A stretch of 63,430 nucleotides of DNA, filler included, from Rhabdomonas costata (lineage: Eukaryota), in the NCBI GenBank assembly GCA_019059605.1. It is 38 parts of 38 records of this genome, joined end to end, with 100 filler letters (N's around TTAATTAATTAA, not from the genome) between each part and the next. Parts side by side here need not be neighbours in the genome. Positions count along the whole stretch, not along the records: positions 1 to 1,572 come from JAHMHO010012785.1; positions 1,673 to 3,246 come from JAHMHO010012786.1; positions 3,347 to 4,922 come from JAHMHO010012787.1; positions 5,023 to 6,596 come from JAHMHO010012788.1; positions 6,697 to 8,269 come from JAHMHO010012789.1; positions 8,370 to 9,942 come from JAHMHO010012790.1; positions 10,043 to 11,615 come from JAHMHO010012791.1; 31 more parts are not named here. The stretch is one strand, 5' to 3'. The position numbers and the translations under genes are program-made. This document shows, one piece after another, positions 1 through 11,615 of this stretch; the stretch's first letter is position 1; each line of letters starts with the position of its first letter. The notes beneath the pieces are model-generated. The model did not search any database. It was not told where the DNA came from and saw only the letters and a list, made by a program, of their open reading frames with translations.

Positions 1-1073
1 GTGGGGGGGGTTGCAGGCGAGGGATTCGTTTCAAAAACGTTCCATCGATCAGGTGAGATGCTTGCAGGGGAAGGTTTACAGTGAGAGGCGTTCCGAGGTG
101 GGACAGGAGTGCGGCACGGCGGAAGGGCGAGAGTTGTTTGAATTGTAGAAGCACAGTCCCTTTCAACAGAAATTGTGTCAGCGTCATCTCCCTAGCGACT
201 TGTTTTCTAATTCAGGAACTTGCTCTCAGTGTATTAGTCAGCCTATTCGTTAAGTGTGTGGGCATAAAGTTAAGGGGTGTTTCCAAAGGACCGTCTAATA
301 TGCTGCTCATTCTTCCTCTTTTTCTTCCTACCGCTTAGACCACTCCTTGGCTGTCACCCTCATCCACCTGAATTTTAATGGATTGCCTTCCCGCTACTTT
401 CTGCATTCTGATGGAAGGCGAGGTGTGCGTGAGGTTTTGTTAGGAGGCCGAGGGTTTACAGACTTTTCGTATCGTGGCACAAAAGAACAATACACAGAGT
501 TAGGGCGAGAATTGCCGGGGCAGGCGAGAAATGCCTTTTGGATTGCCTCGCCGGTTGGGCGGTGGACTAGTACTGGGGTTATAGTCGGAACGATGTGGTG
601 AGAGGGCGGATCCTTAAATTGCGTACAAGCAGGCCTTTGCTGCCAGTCCGTTCTCCAGACATTCGGATGGACTAATTCTCCGCCCCTGCCACCTTTTTCT
701 CAATCCAAAGCCATATTCTGAAGATTCCAGTTGTTGTGAGGAACTACAGAGCGGAGAGGAAGTTTCTTCCATGGACCCTTCTCATGCTGCCCTAACCTTC
801 TAGCCCCCCTCCTCCACCACGATCACTGGCTGGAACCTGCACATCGTGTTTTCTAGTGCCACAGTTTGACCAAAAAAACTACGCCAGGCGCATGGGTGCG
901 TGGCGACAGAGCGGCTTATTGAGTCTTTGTGTGGGGTGGTCATATGAAAACGTCGGTAGGCTAAAAAGTCTGCGAGTACATTTTTAGACGTTCACTGTAT
1001 TCGTACGCGTGCCCATGGACTGTTTTTCCCCATGACCTCCTGGTATTCCTTGTGACCTTGCGGGGTTTCTCAG

Positions 1074-1328
1074 GATAGCAGTGGGCGCACCGCCTTTGCC
1101 CTGGCCGCTTTCGTGGCCCGTAACGATGAGACGGCGGAGGTGCTGGCGCGGCTCACCGTGGCGGCCGGGACCCTGGACCTCACCGCCCCGGCCGGAGGTG
1201 CGCTGCGACGCACGGTGGCGCAGGTGCTCTCTGCGCTGGGGCTCAGCCGCACCCGTGCCGCGCTGGGCGAGCTGGGTGCCGACCTTACAACGCCGGTGTG
1301 TGTACGGCATACGATGGGCTGCAACTGA
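1074..1328 (+). CDS. Ankyrin-repeat protein, internal or terminal exon
   Basis: After the acceptor tttctcag|1074 a GC-rich exon reads DSSGRTAFALAAFVARNDETAEVLARL...LGELGADLTTP, matching the ankyrin D..G.TAL.LAA and GAD motifs. A possible GT donor lies at about 1296. Confidence 0.6.
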   Translation, partial: DSSGRTAFALAAFVARNDETAEVLARLTVAAGTLDLTAPAGGALRRTVAQVLSALGLSRTRAALGELGADLTTPVCVRHTMGCN

Positions 1329-1572
1329 TGATGATAGGGCACAGGATTTAGCTGGAACTAATCAATGGTAAGTAAGCGAAAGTTGTTGGAATGGCTGACA
1401 CGACACTAATGCAGACTTTTTTGAGGGGGGTAAATGGATAAAGGCAACACCATTCAGAGGACAAGGAGAAGGAAACGTGCGAGGTGCGACAAAATAAAAG
1501 AGGAGATTGACAAAAACCAAGACTTTTGCGGTGAAGAAGTTCCCAGTTGCGGAGTAAAGAGGCACAAAAACC

Positions 1573-1672
1573 NNNNNNNNNNNNNNNNNNNNNNNNNNNN
1601 NNNNNNNNNNNNNNNNTTAATTAATTAANNNNNNNNNNNNNNNNNNNNNNNNNNNNNNNNNNNNNNNNNNNN
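1573..1672. other. Artificial contig spacer N44-TTAATTAATTAA-N44, the first of 37 recurring about every 1.67 kb (last at 61760-61859)
   Basis: An identical 12-mer with stops in all six frames is flanked by N runs at 1617, 3291, 4967, 6641, 8314 ... 60133 and 61804. Confidence 0.99.
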
Positions 1673-2660
1673 GATCCCCCAACACTAAAACCCTAACCAT
1701 GAGCCCTAACCCAAACACCCTCACCGTGAGTCCAAATCCCAACACCCTGATCCTAATCCCAACCCTGACACCTCAACCCTGAGCCCCAAACCAAACAACT
1801 TAACCCTCGGCAACCTTAATCCCAACCGTAAAACTGCAGCCGTCGTCTCCCAATCCTGACACCCTAGCAGTCACGTCCCAAGAGCTGAGCCCCAACCTCA
1901 ATACCCTAACCACGAACCTCTGTCCCAGTACAACAACCCTGATCAGTATCAATCATATCCCAACGTCCACCCAGCCTTAACACCCCAACCCCAGCCCTAA
2001 GCCCCAACTGTAACGTCCTAACTCTGAGTCCCAACCCAACACTCTAACGTTTGTCTCCCAAAGTTGAAGCGGAACCCTACCAATCTATCTCTCGACACAC
2101 CGCAATGAGCCCCAATCCTAGCACCTAAAATCCTGAGCCCCAACCTCAGGACCCTAACCCTGAGCCCCTATCCTAATACCCTAACCCTGGGCTCTAACCC
2201 TAACGGTTTGAACCCTGGCCCCCAACCCTTACACCCTAACTCTCATCTGCCCCTGCTGAGCCCCAACCTTAACAGCCCAACCGACATCTCCCTGAGCCCT
2301 AACCCAGCCTGCTATGACACCTTAGTCCCAACCTTAACAACCCAACCCAACCCTCATCTCTCAACGCTGAGCCCCCACCGTAACACCCCAACCCTTAGTC
2401 CCTACCCTAGCACACAACAACCTTGAGCCTCAACCTCAGCCTAACAGGCCTACACTGATGTCCCATTGAGTCCCAACCCTGACAGCCCAACCCTCAACTC
2501 CCAGTGCTGGGCCCCAACCCTAACACCCCGAACGCCCCCAAACAACGCTGAGCCCCAACGCTGAGCCCCAACACCAAAACTTGGGCGTCACCCCCAACAC
2601 CTTAGCCTGAGCCTCAACCCTGATCCCGAACCCGAACAGGCTTATCCTCATCTCCCAATC
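1673..2660 (+). repeat. Degenerate telomere-type (CCCTAA)n-derived satellite
   Basis: Dense CCCTAA/CCCTGA/CCCCAA variants with strong C/A strand skew, plus a recurring higher-order unit cctcatctcccaacgctgagccc (e.g. 2352, 2646). Confidence 0.85.
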
Positions 2661-3124
2661 GTCAAATTTTTCTCAGAGAGTCTCTGGTCTTGCCCGTTTG
2701 CGAAGAGCCAGTTTAGTGTGGCAGAGGCGGTGGTCAGCCGCTGGCAGCTGGAGGAAAACAAGCTCGAGGGCGCGCCAGGGAGACCTTGGGGAATCCGTTA
2801 GAAGAATTTTGCCCTTTGTGTCTCCCATTTTATGGCCCCCGTCACCTCGAAAATGAGACGTTTTATTTACACTTGTACTTGTGTGCATTACCTTTCTCAG
2901 CATCATCTCAAGTTTCTTGACTGCTGGAAAGCTTGGTCAACTTACCAACCAGGCACCTGCTGGTCCCGACGTTTCAAGGGGGAAGTCCGGGTTGGTGTGG
3001 GGCCAGAGTTGCCTTCACCTTTACGCCTAAGCGAGACCAACGAGTTAGACTGCCATACGGATCTGAGCCGATTTTGATGCCTTAGAGTATCTGAGTGGTG
3101 CTACACAAGGGAATTGGTGGGCAG

Positions 3125-3246
3125 CACCGTAACCCTGAACCCCAACCCTAACACCCTAGCCCCATACTTGATAACCTGACCCTCATCTCCCAACGCTGAG
3201 CCCTGACCCTAACCCTGAGCCCCAATCCTGGCACCCTAACAGTCAT
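3125..3246 (+). repeat. Continuation of the degenerate telomere-type satellite
   Basis: The same ccctaacc, ctgagcccc and cctcatctcccaacgctgagccc units resume after about 460 nt of unique sequence. Confidence 0.8.
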
Positions 3247-4109
3247 NNNNNNNNNNNNNNNNNNNNNNNNNNNNNNNNNNNNNNNNNNNNTTAATTAATT
3301 AANNNNNNNNNNNNNNNNNNNNNNNNNNNNNNNNNNNNNNNNNNNNGGTTTGTGGGTTTTCTTCCCGCTCTCCGCGAGTTGTGCCTGACCCTGGGTGGAT
3401 CCCTGCCGGTCAGCTCAGCCCTATCCTCTCCGTTTTCGTCGTGCTGCTGTCGAGCGAATGCCGGTTAGGGTGCAGTTGGTAACCCGTACCCTGACCTGTG
3501 TCACAACTTTCGCACCTTGGTTTGCGGTAGTTCCGCGATATCAAACATATGGTTATCATTGATATCAAGGGAAACGTCACCTCACCGGGCATCCTTTACG
3601 ATCATCGAAGAAGTTGTGTCAACCATAGACTTTCTCAGATGATGGGACCTCGTACACGTACATACGCAGTGGTTTGGTTTTTTTTCGAGCATCCCTATCC
3701 CGCCTGCTAAAGGTTCCCAAGAGGTAATTTAGAACCCAGTTTGCAAGCCGCAGACACCTGTTTGCCACCCCTCTCCTCCAGACTAAATTGATTGCCCTCT
3801 TCCCGATGCCCCTGGGTTTTGTCCAAAGCACGAATCATGGGCATACGCGGAAGCGCGATTATCTATGATATAATCCGATACCACCAACCAGTACAGGTAC
3901 ACAAAAGTATGTGCTTTTTTCCTTCAGGTTACACGCTGCCGATGGAGACGGCGTCGGGGAAGAAGAAGACCCTGCGGTTTCTGCTGGACCCGACCTGCAG
4001 ACAGATTTGGAGAAGGAGTTCCCGTTCCTCAAGGACCCCAAGGCCTGCGTGTGCGAGAAGGACGTCCTGTGGGAGGTCCTGTGTGCGTGCGTGCGCGCGC
4101 GGCAGGTAC

Positions 4110-4260
4110 GGCGCCGCGATTGGGGCTCTCCGTGGTTGAGGACGATGACCTGAGGATCCCAGGCAGAAGATGAGCTGAAGAGAGGGAACTCGGAGGGTTA
4201 GATCTCCCTAGAACCGCGGTGGAATGCGCCATTGAGGTTTCCCGAGAGCCTCCGCCCAGC
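4110..4260 (+). repeat. Dispersed repeat, copy A (homologous to about 56537-56701)
   Basis: Shares the blocks gggctctccgtggt...tgac(c/a)tgaggatc...ttagatctccctagaac(c/t)gcggt...tttccc.aga.cctcc.ccc with contig 34. Confidence 0.75.
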
Positions 4261-4674
4261 AGCAGAGGAGTGATCCGCACCCTCCAAGAAGCGGCCAGGC
4301 AGCGGGAGGTTATTCGAAAGCCCGCTGGAGACAGAAAAGAGCTCCACCAAAACCATGTCTTGTGCATCAAGCGTGTGTAGTTGTGTGAGTGGATGAAAAG
4401 TGTGCTCGGATTGAATCCGCATCTAGTCTCCTCAGCTTTCCGTGTTCTCTTGCTCGAGTGGGAACTTCCTCTCCAACCCCGCTCTCTTTCTCCGCTTTCC
4501 CCGGCGGTCAATGCGAGGCAGCAAAAGCGAATACTACTGGAACTGTCGTGCACGCCCAACTGTTCGGAGGCGGTCTACGTTTTGTTTTGAAATAGCAATG
4601 GCACGAAAAAAAAAACCGAAATTAAAGAGAGGATCCCTGTTTTCCCGGGAATTGTGTTTCCCACGCCGCCTGGC

Positions 4675-4746
4675 ACTCACTCACTCACTCACTCACTCAC
4701 TCACTCACTCACTCACACACTCACTCACTCACTCACTCACTCACTC
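4675..4746 (+). repeat. (TCAC)n microsatellite
   Basis: About 17 tandem TCAC units with one variant. Confidence 0.97.
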
Positions 4747-5031
4747 TCCCCCACATACACACCGATAGGATGGCGACCTGACACTGTGTGTGGAGCCCTC
4801 TGCGGGTTCCGCTCCCGAGGGCCAAGAGGAGAAGAAGGACACTAGCAGAGGTTTTTGTGAGGGGGGAGGGGCAGTGATGGGTGTAGGTTGGTGTGGTTGG
4901 GGGCGTAGGCCAAGGCAAGAGCNNNNNNNNNNNNNNNNNNNNNNNNNNNNNNNNNNNNNNNNNNNNTTAATTAATTAANNNNNNNNNNNNNNNNNNNNNN
5001 NNNNNNNNNNNNNNNNNNNNNNTTGTTGGGT

Positions 5032-5580
5032 GAACATGAGTACGAGGAACGCAGTGACGAGAACGATTGTGAACCGGGTACCCTTGAGTGAACATGAATA
5101 CGAACGAGCATCGCGAGTGAGAATGAATGTGAACCGTGATCGACAGAACGCAAAGAGGACGAACGAGCGTAGCGAGTGAGGACGTCAGGAGCAAGGAACG
5201 AGCGTAGCGAGTGACGAAGCGACCTAGTGAACAGGAGAATGTCGAGTGTGAACCGTATAACAAGTGTTGAAGAGGAACAGGAGACACGAGCAACGCGAGA
5301 GTCGAGTGTGACGTCAGAGAGGAACATGAGTACGAGGAACGCAGTGACGAGAACGAATGTGACGAACCATGATGAAGCAGTGAACATGAAACACGAACAC
5401 GAGCGCAGCGAGTGTGAGAGTTGATTGTGAACCGGATGAACGAGAGGAGCGTAGCGACGACTGTGACGACTAAGAGGAACAGGAACAGGAGACACGAACG
5501 CAGTGAGAGTCGAGTGTGAGTGTGACGTCGGAGGAACAAGGACACGAACAGGAAGTGGGAACGTAGTGACTGTGAGTGTG
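5032..5580 (+). repeat. Purine-rich degenerate minisatellite-like array
   Basis: The 35-mer gaacatgagtacgaggaacgcagtgacgagaacga occurs at 5032 and 5322. The units gaacgagcgtagcga, gaacaggaga and gtcgagtgtga recur several times. Confidence 0.85.
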
Positions 5581-8127
5581 AGAGTCCTTGTGACGACTAT
5601 ACTTCGCAGAACTCACCTGCGGGGCCTTCACACTTCAGGTCATCCGATTACCCTCTGTGTGTCGCCTTGACCACCTCCTGGGTTGGTGTACTGCATGACT
5701 TACCCCTACGCACTGACTTACCCACCTTCTCCATGTGGTGCTGATGGCGTAGATGTGTCGATGCCTTACCCCACCACTGGGTGAAGGAATAGGTACAGGT
5801 ACAACGAAGGATGGTTACCACACGGTACATCGGCAGCCTACCAACTCCTTCGCTGGAACCCTACGCCTATTCCAACACCAGGTACTAGCACACACTCGCT
5901 ACACTACTAACAGGGTAACACACCCTACGTTGATGTATACGCGTATCTACTATGGTGTTGTGTCTCTGGATGAATGGGGTCACACCACCTTGGCCAACCT
6001 GTGACTTGATGACATGACTCGCCCCACCCCAACGCGATATCACCTCCGTGTGTGAAGTTGAGCAACCTGTGCCGATCCTCCTCCACCTTAGCTCCATCGT
6101 TACCAGTGGCCCATGGTTGGCAGGTAATGTGTGCACAACAACCCTATGCATTAACGTACACGTCTATCAAGACACACACGCACGTCTCGGTTCAAACGCT
6201 GCGAATCAATATCATGTGATGACGTTCACTAACTGTACTTGCCAACTCACGACACCAAGTTCACCTCGCCACACCGTTACCCACCCTTGCTCGCAGTAAA
6301 CGGATCCCCTAGCTCAGTTTCAGCGCACACGTTGAGTTGGGCGTCCCCTTCCGTTCCGTCCTAGCCTACCCTCCAGAGTCCTACCCACGCTCCCAGACTT
6401 CCACCGCCACGCCTCCACGCAACGCCTTCCATCGCCTTGCCGTCACGCCCACGCCACGGATACTGACAGATAGTTCACCTACCCCGTTCCTCCTACACGT
6501 AGCAATGATGCGCCATACCGTGGGTGAGCTCATCGAATAGTTGTTGGCCTACGGAACCTTGAGAGACGACCTAACTCCTACCCGACTTCAACACGCNNNN
6601 NNNNNNNNNNNNNNNNNNNNNNNNNNNNNNNNNNNNNNNNTTAATTAATTAANNNNNNNNNNNNNNNNNNNNNNNNNNNNNNNNNNNNNNNNNNNNTGTT
6701 TTTTTTCGCTTGTTTTTAAGCACGTGGTCTTTTTTCTTGCATTGTTTGCTTCATGACACGCACATTCGTGCACGTTTCTTGATCGACGTTTCGTGTTCAT
6801 CGTGCTTGCTTCTGCTGCTGTTTGATTTTTCCATTAAGGGTGAACATTCGTGTGTGCGCATTTGTGTCTGTAGCCGCTAGTAGTTAGAGGTTCCACGGCG
6901 CATTGGCTTGGAAACTGTGTTGATACGACGTGCACACAGTGTGTGTATTTGAAGGCCATTGGAGATGGCTGTGTCGCACCATACACGACACGGCATTCAT
7001 GTAGACAAAGACGCATGCCTTCGCCTTTTCGTGAGCGCGAATTGCGCTCCTTCAAATTATGCGGAAAATTCACAGCATTCAATGCTCTTCGCCGCAGTCA
7101 CTGAAAAAATGATAAGTGCACCCTGCTTGCTGCGCGTCCCTTCCCGCCCTCATGCGGCAGCTTGCGACGCTTCTTCACTTGTCTTTCTCTTTCTCCTTCT
7201 CTTTCTCTTTCTCTTTCTCTCTGAGGCGTCTTTTTGGGTCTTCTTTCTCATCAAGCGACGCCCAATCAAAACTAAGCATTCTTTTGCACTGAGTATTGCC
7301 GACTTGCACACATCATTATGCCCTTTCCGGCTGTATAGCAACTTTGCTTTTGATTGCAACATTCGCTTTGTCGGTGGCTTTTTGATGGATGACGTTTCAG
7401 AATTGCGATCCATATTGCCGAAAGCTGGCCCGTTCATTCCAAGGGAACCTCAGTTGGTTTGGGAGGGTATGCACATCGGAACTATAAGGAGGCAGAACCC
7501 CCTCCCCATTCCGTAAATTCCGCGGATCGGTGGAGTCAGTTTTTTTTTAGTTGTGGAACTTAAAGCATGAAGGAAAAGAGCTGAAAGGAACAACATCGCA
7601 CTTTTAACTCGCAATTTCGAAACTCAAAATCAACTGCGGGCCGTGTCAGGGTTCCAGGAACAAGCCGCCCGGAGCTGTAAATTTCAAAGTAGTCACCACC
7701 GCTTCACCCAGGTATTGGCGAGACAACAGCACTGTTCCACTGTTTTCGCTGAAATTTTACTTGAGGGGGGATCCCATGTGCACGTCAATCACCACCCGAT
7801 CCCCTGCTAAATCTCTGTTGGAATCCCGATCTGGAGCCCGTCGTGCTTAATGCCTTTACTGGGGTGTTATAGTTATTTAAGTATATCGATATATCGATAT
7901 ACTACAAATTATTCTATTATGCAATTATATGACCTGTGCCATGTCAAAAGTCAGGGGCGAAAAAACACACGAACACTCACCCAGACATGTAAAAAAATAT
8001 CGCTAATTGAAGGAAATGGACACCGCACTCCAACACTTTGAACGTAAAAGAAGCAATTGTATAGTCAAAGGTTCACATTGGCAGACATTTTTACTATCCG
8101 AAAACCCTCTAAGCCCAAACTGACTTT

Positions 8128-8265
8128 TTGGTAAAACTTTTATCATCTCTCACTTTTTAGGTGGCATTGGCAATACATTGAACTTTAATGGCTATAGCAT
8201 CCCATTAAAGTTCAATGTATTGCCAATGCCACCTAAAAAGTGAGAGATGATAAAAGTTTCACCAA
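8128..8265. repeat. Near-perfect inverted repeat (about 64-bp arms, 10-nt loop) at a contig end
   Basis: 8128-8191 is the reverse complement of 8202-8265 with one mismatch near the contig end. Confidence 0.95.
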
Positions 8266-9122
8266 ACAANNNNNNNNNNNNNNNNNNNNNNNNNNNNNNN
8301 NNNNNNNNNNNNNTTAATTAATTAANNNNNNNNNNNNNNNNNNNNNNNNNNNNNNNNNNNNNNNNNNNNGGTTGTGACGGGGCACACCGACGCTCCTGCT
8401 CACCTCGTTCCACTCGCTCTATGTCAGTTCCCTGCCAGTCGCTTTTGAGTTATATTCCGCTGCCTAGAAAACAGCGGGCCGGTTCAAGAACGGGCGGTTG
8501 GTGGAGGTCTGTGTATATATGGGGGGAAGGGGCAATCGTGTGGTGGCGAGGCTCTTTGGTCGTGGTGCTGACGATGGAAAAGGGAGACAGAGAAAGGAGG
8601 AGAGGAGAGCACAAACAAAGAAAGGGAGCGCGTCATGAAGGGGAATACGCAACTAATGATACAAGTGGGGTGCGCGCGTACAGAGAGCAAATGTAGCAGG
8701 GAAGAAGGGAAATGCAGAGCCTGAAGAAAAAAGGAACGCAAAAAACAACAAAGCAAGATCGTGTGCGGGAAGAGTGTGAAGGCTCACGGAAGAACTGTGC
8801 GGGAGATGGGAAGAAAGGAAGTGAGCGTATGCGTCCAGGGGGAGAAAAACAACAGTACAAGGTGAAAGGTTGTGATTGTGAAGGGGAAGGGGGGGGGCAG
8901 CAACGGCATTGAGTCTGAGCACAAGGGCACACCGTGTTAGCACAGTTCGGGTAACACAGTAAAAAACACTTCCCGAGACCCAAAGAAGAGTGATTGGAAT
9001 CCAGTCCACCAAGACACGTACACTCCCTTTTATGTGAATGACTCTAGGAAACTGAGGGCACGTAAACGCTGTGGCATAGGAAGGAAGCGCCAAACCCTGC
9101 CCTAGTTTTGTGGCTATTTCCC

Positions 9123-9683
9123 TCACACAATGCGCACGGCGTTGCCTTGGAATCTCATCGACACAATCACAAAGGCGTCCTCGGTGTAGCCCAGCCGCAC
9201 CCCGGGGTCCCCGTCCCACACCACGGCCCCGTTCACTACGAAGGCCACGGTGCCCCCTGTGGGGTCCCTGCGGTCACTGCGGTCAATCCGAACCTCAACC
9301 CGATCCCCGGGCTTCACATCCAGGGCTTTCTTGGTGGAAGTTCCATTGTAGTAAGTCCTCCATTGTAGGGGCAAAGACACAGCCCGGGGCACCACGAACT
9401 TTTTCCTGGGAGCATGTTTGTACGCTGCCTCAAGTCCCCACAGGTGCTCACAGGGGCCACCCCAAAAGAAAGCCCGTTGCAGTTGTTGTTGAGCACCTCG
9501 ATGCACACTGTGGTGGGGCCGGGTTGGCCCAGACACATCAGGGCGTCCACTCGGGCGGTCGGAGCACCATCCATCGCGGTAGATCATCTCGCGGCGTGTC
9601 TCGGGGTCGGCAATGTCGAACTCTGGCGGGCAGGCCTCGGGGCCCTCTGCGAACCTCAGCTGCTGCCCCCACGCCCGCGGCAC
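9123..9683 (-). CDS. SPRY/B30.2-like domain protein, last exon, with two compensating 1-nt frame breaks
   Basis: Acceptor tttcgcag|9683. The composite frame reads ...VCIEVLNNNCNGLSFGVAP...LPGKSSWCPGLCLCPYNG/RTYYNG...KPGDRVEVRIDR...TVAFVVNG...VIVSMRFQGNAVRIV*, which fits the SPRY pattern. Confidence 0.7.
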   Translation of the reverse strand: MPRAWGQQLRFAEGPEACPPEFDIADPETRREMIYRDGWCSDRPSGRPDVSGPTRPHHSVHRGAQQQLQRAFFWGGPCEHLWGLEAAYKHAPRKKFVVPRAVSLPLQWRTYYNGTSTKKALDVKPGDRVEVRIDRSDRRDPTGGTVAFVVNGAVVWDGDPGVRLGYTEDAFVIVSMRFQGNAVRIV

Positions 9684-11491
9684 CTGCGAAAGAAAAAGAG
9701 AGCGAGAATCCGCGCCGACCGGGGAAACGACAGAGTACACTAGCAACCGATCCTGCATAAACGTCTCTGTCACTGCTGTCAAAAGGGTATGTTTACATCT
9801 CATTTGAAACACCTGGCATGGGAGGCAAAACTTTTGTCACAACCCGGAGGAGCTCTCGGCGGCCGTGCTGAGGTCCAGCCCGAGTCCCTCGCTCTGGTCC
9901 AGCAAAGGGGGCATGCACGGCAAAAAAAAAGCCGGGCTCAACNNNNNNNNNNNNNNNNNNNNNNNNNNNNNNNNNNNNNNNNNNNNTTAATTAATTAANN
10001 NNNNNNNNNNNNNNNNNNNNNNNNNNNNNNNNNNNNNNNNNNACGGAGGTGGGTGGATGGGAGGGCGAGCCGTGTTATGTGGGGTAGTACGAGCGTTCAT
10101 GGTGTGGTATATATGTTGCTGCTGCTGCTGCTCGTTCGTGTGGTGCGCTTTCTGGCGGATCGGAGGGAGGGGTTACGTTACCAGGGTGAGGTCTTTCCTA
10201 TGGGATACCTCCCCGCTTCAACGTATGTGCATCTAATGGTCTTTCCCTCAACCACTCACCAAGTGGAAGTTGCTGGCGGATGTGACACAACTTTGAGTGC
10301 ATTTGTCTGTCGTGGAGCTTTGGTGACCTTCGTCCTAGGAGATCTGCCGTGCAGCCCTTTTTGAAAGGTTTTTTGCTCACGCCGTGCGGCATTCGCTGTT
10401 AGCTTTTTGCTTGTGAGCGCTGGTTTGGCTGAGGGACAGTGTATAAGGGTGTACCATTGAAAACCATGGAATTTTGAAAAACTCACAGGGCATTGGCCTT
10501 GACTTTGACAAATTGCTTGTATATTTGTATCCTGTCATTTTTTTCGGCAACCGAGAAAAGTGGATATCAAGAATGAATCAATTTTGATATCGTCTGCAAT
10601 CCATCTGAGTCGTGTTCGTTTTGGGACTCCGGAAATTGCCCCTTTTTCGCAGGTCCGGTTCTTGCTTGTTTGCTTTCTGCGTGTTTCTTTTTCTTTCTTA
10701 CGCAAACAATCCACCTGCCTCCCCTACCTCCCCACCTGTCTTCGTGCTCACTCATTCATACCTTCACCTCTTTTTCTCTCTTTCTGAGAGAGTTCTTTCG
10801 TTTCATCCGGTGATCGAAAATGCGCAGCTGCCTCTCCTCCACTTGGGGTGCTGCTCTGGCAGTGGTGTTGGCTTGGCTCTACCACTGTCCAGCAGGTGGT
10901 CAAGTTCTCTTGGTTTTCTTTTAGGAGGTGCAGGACAGTGTGATAAAATGGGGGTCAGTTTCCTGCTTCATCAGGTTCCTGCTTCCTCTTACGCCCTGGA
11001 ATTAAGTTGTCCCACTCCTCAGCCAAAGCCCAGCACCGAGGACTCCATTAATTTCCAAAGCCCCAGAAACTGCACCACCAAACGTTTAAAATGCATTGTT
11101 ATCAAACCGATCTGTCACCATTTGTTCGCTTTCTTCATTCTGGGACTTTCCATCTTCCTCCTCAGCCTCAGTCTTGGACCCCACGTACTTTTACTGTTCC
11201 GAGCTGATTGGACAACCTGTGTTGGGTGGCTTAAAAGCAGGATATTAATCGGGATGTCGCTCGCCTGTTTTAGCCCAGAAGGCGAATGTCGGGCACCTGC
11301 AAGTCAAGCTTTTGCTGAACGTCTGGGTCCTTAGGTGGATATAGGCGCCAAGCTCTCTCTCTCGCTCGCTCGCTCTCGCTCTCTCTGTCTACGGAGCCTG
11401 ACAGTCGCTGTGCCCGATGTCCGGAGTGAGTGATACTTTTTTCGTGGGTGGCACGGCACTTTCTTATTTATGGCTTTTTCATCCCTGGCAG

Positions 11492-11615
11492 AGGCGTATA
11501 CCTGCATTGCAACCACTGCTCCCACGCATTATGCCACGGACTGCCCCGCGGGCAGCACGTGCAGCCCCATTTCGTGTGCCACTGGATCCTTCCCCAGTCC
11601 TTCTTACACACCCCC
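11492..11615 (+). CDS. Cys/Thr/Pro-rich extracellular-type protein exon (partial)
   Basis: After ccctggcag the exon reads AYTCIATTAPTHYATDCPAGSTCSPISCATGSFPSPSYTP, with a CPAG motif typical of surface-protein repeats. Confidence 0.35.

Noticed and set aside
4967..5545. Long minus-strand ORFs of 192 and 174 aa
   Set aside because: They are by-products of the low-complexity repeat array running into the spacer.
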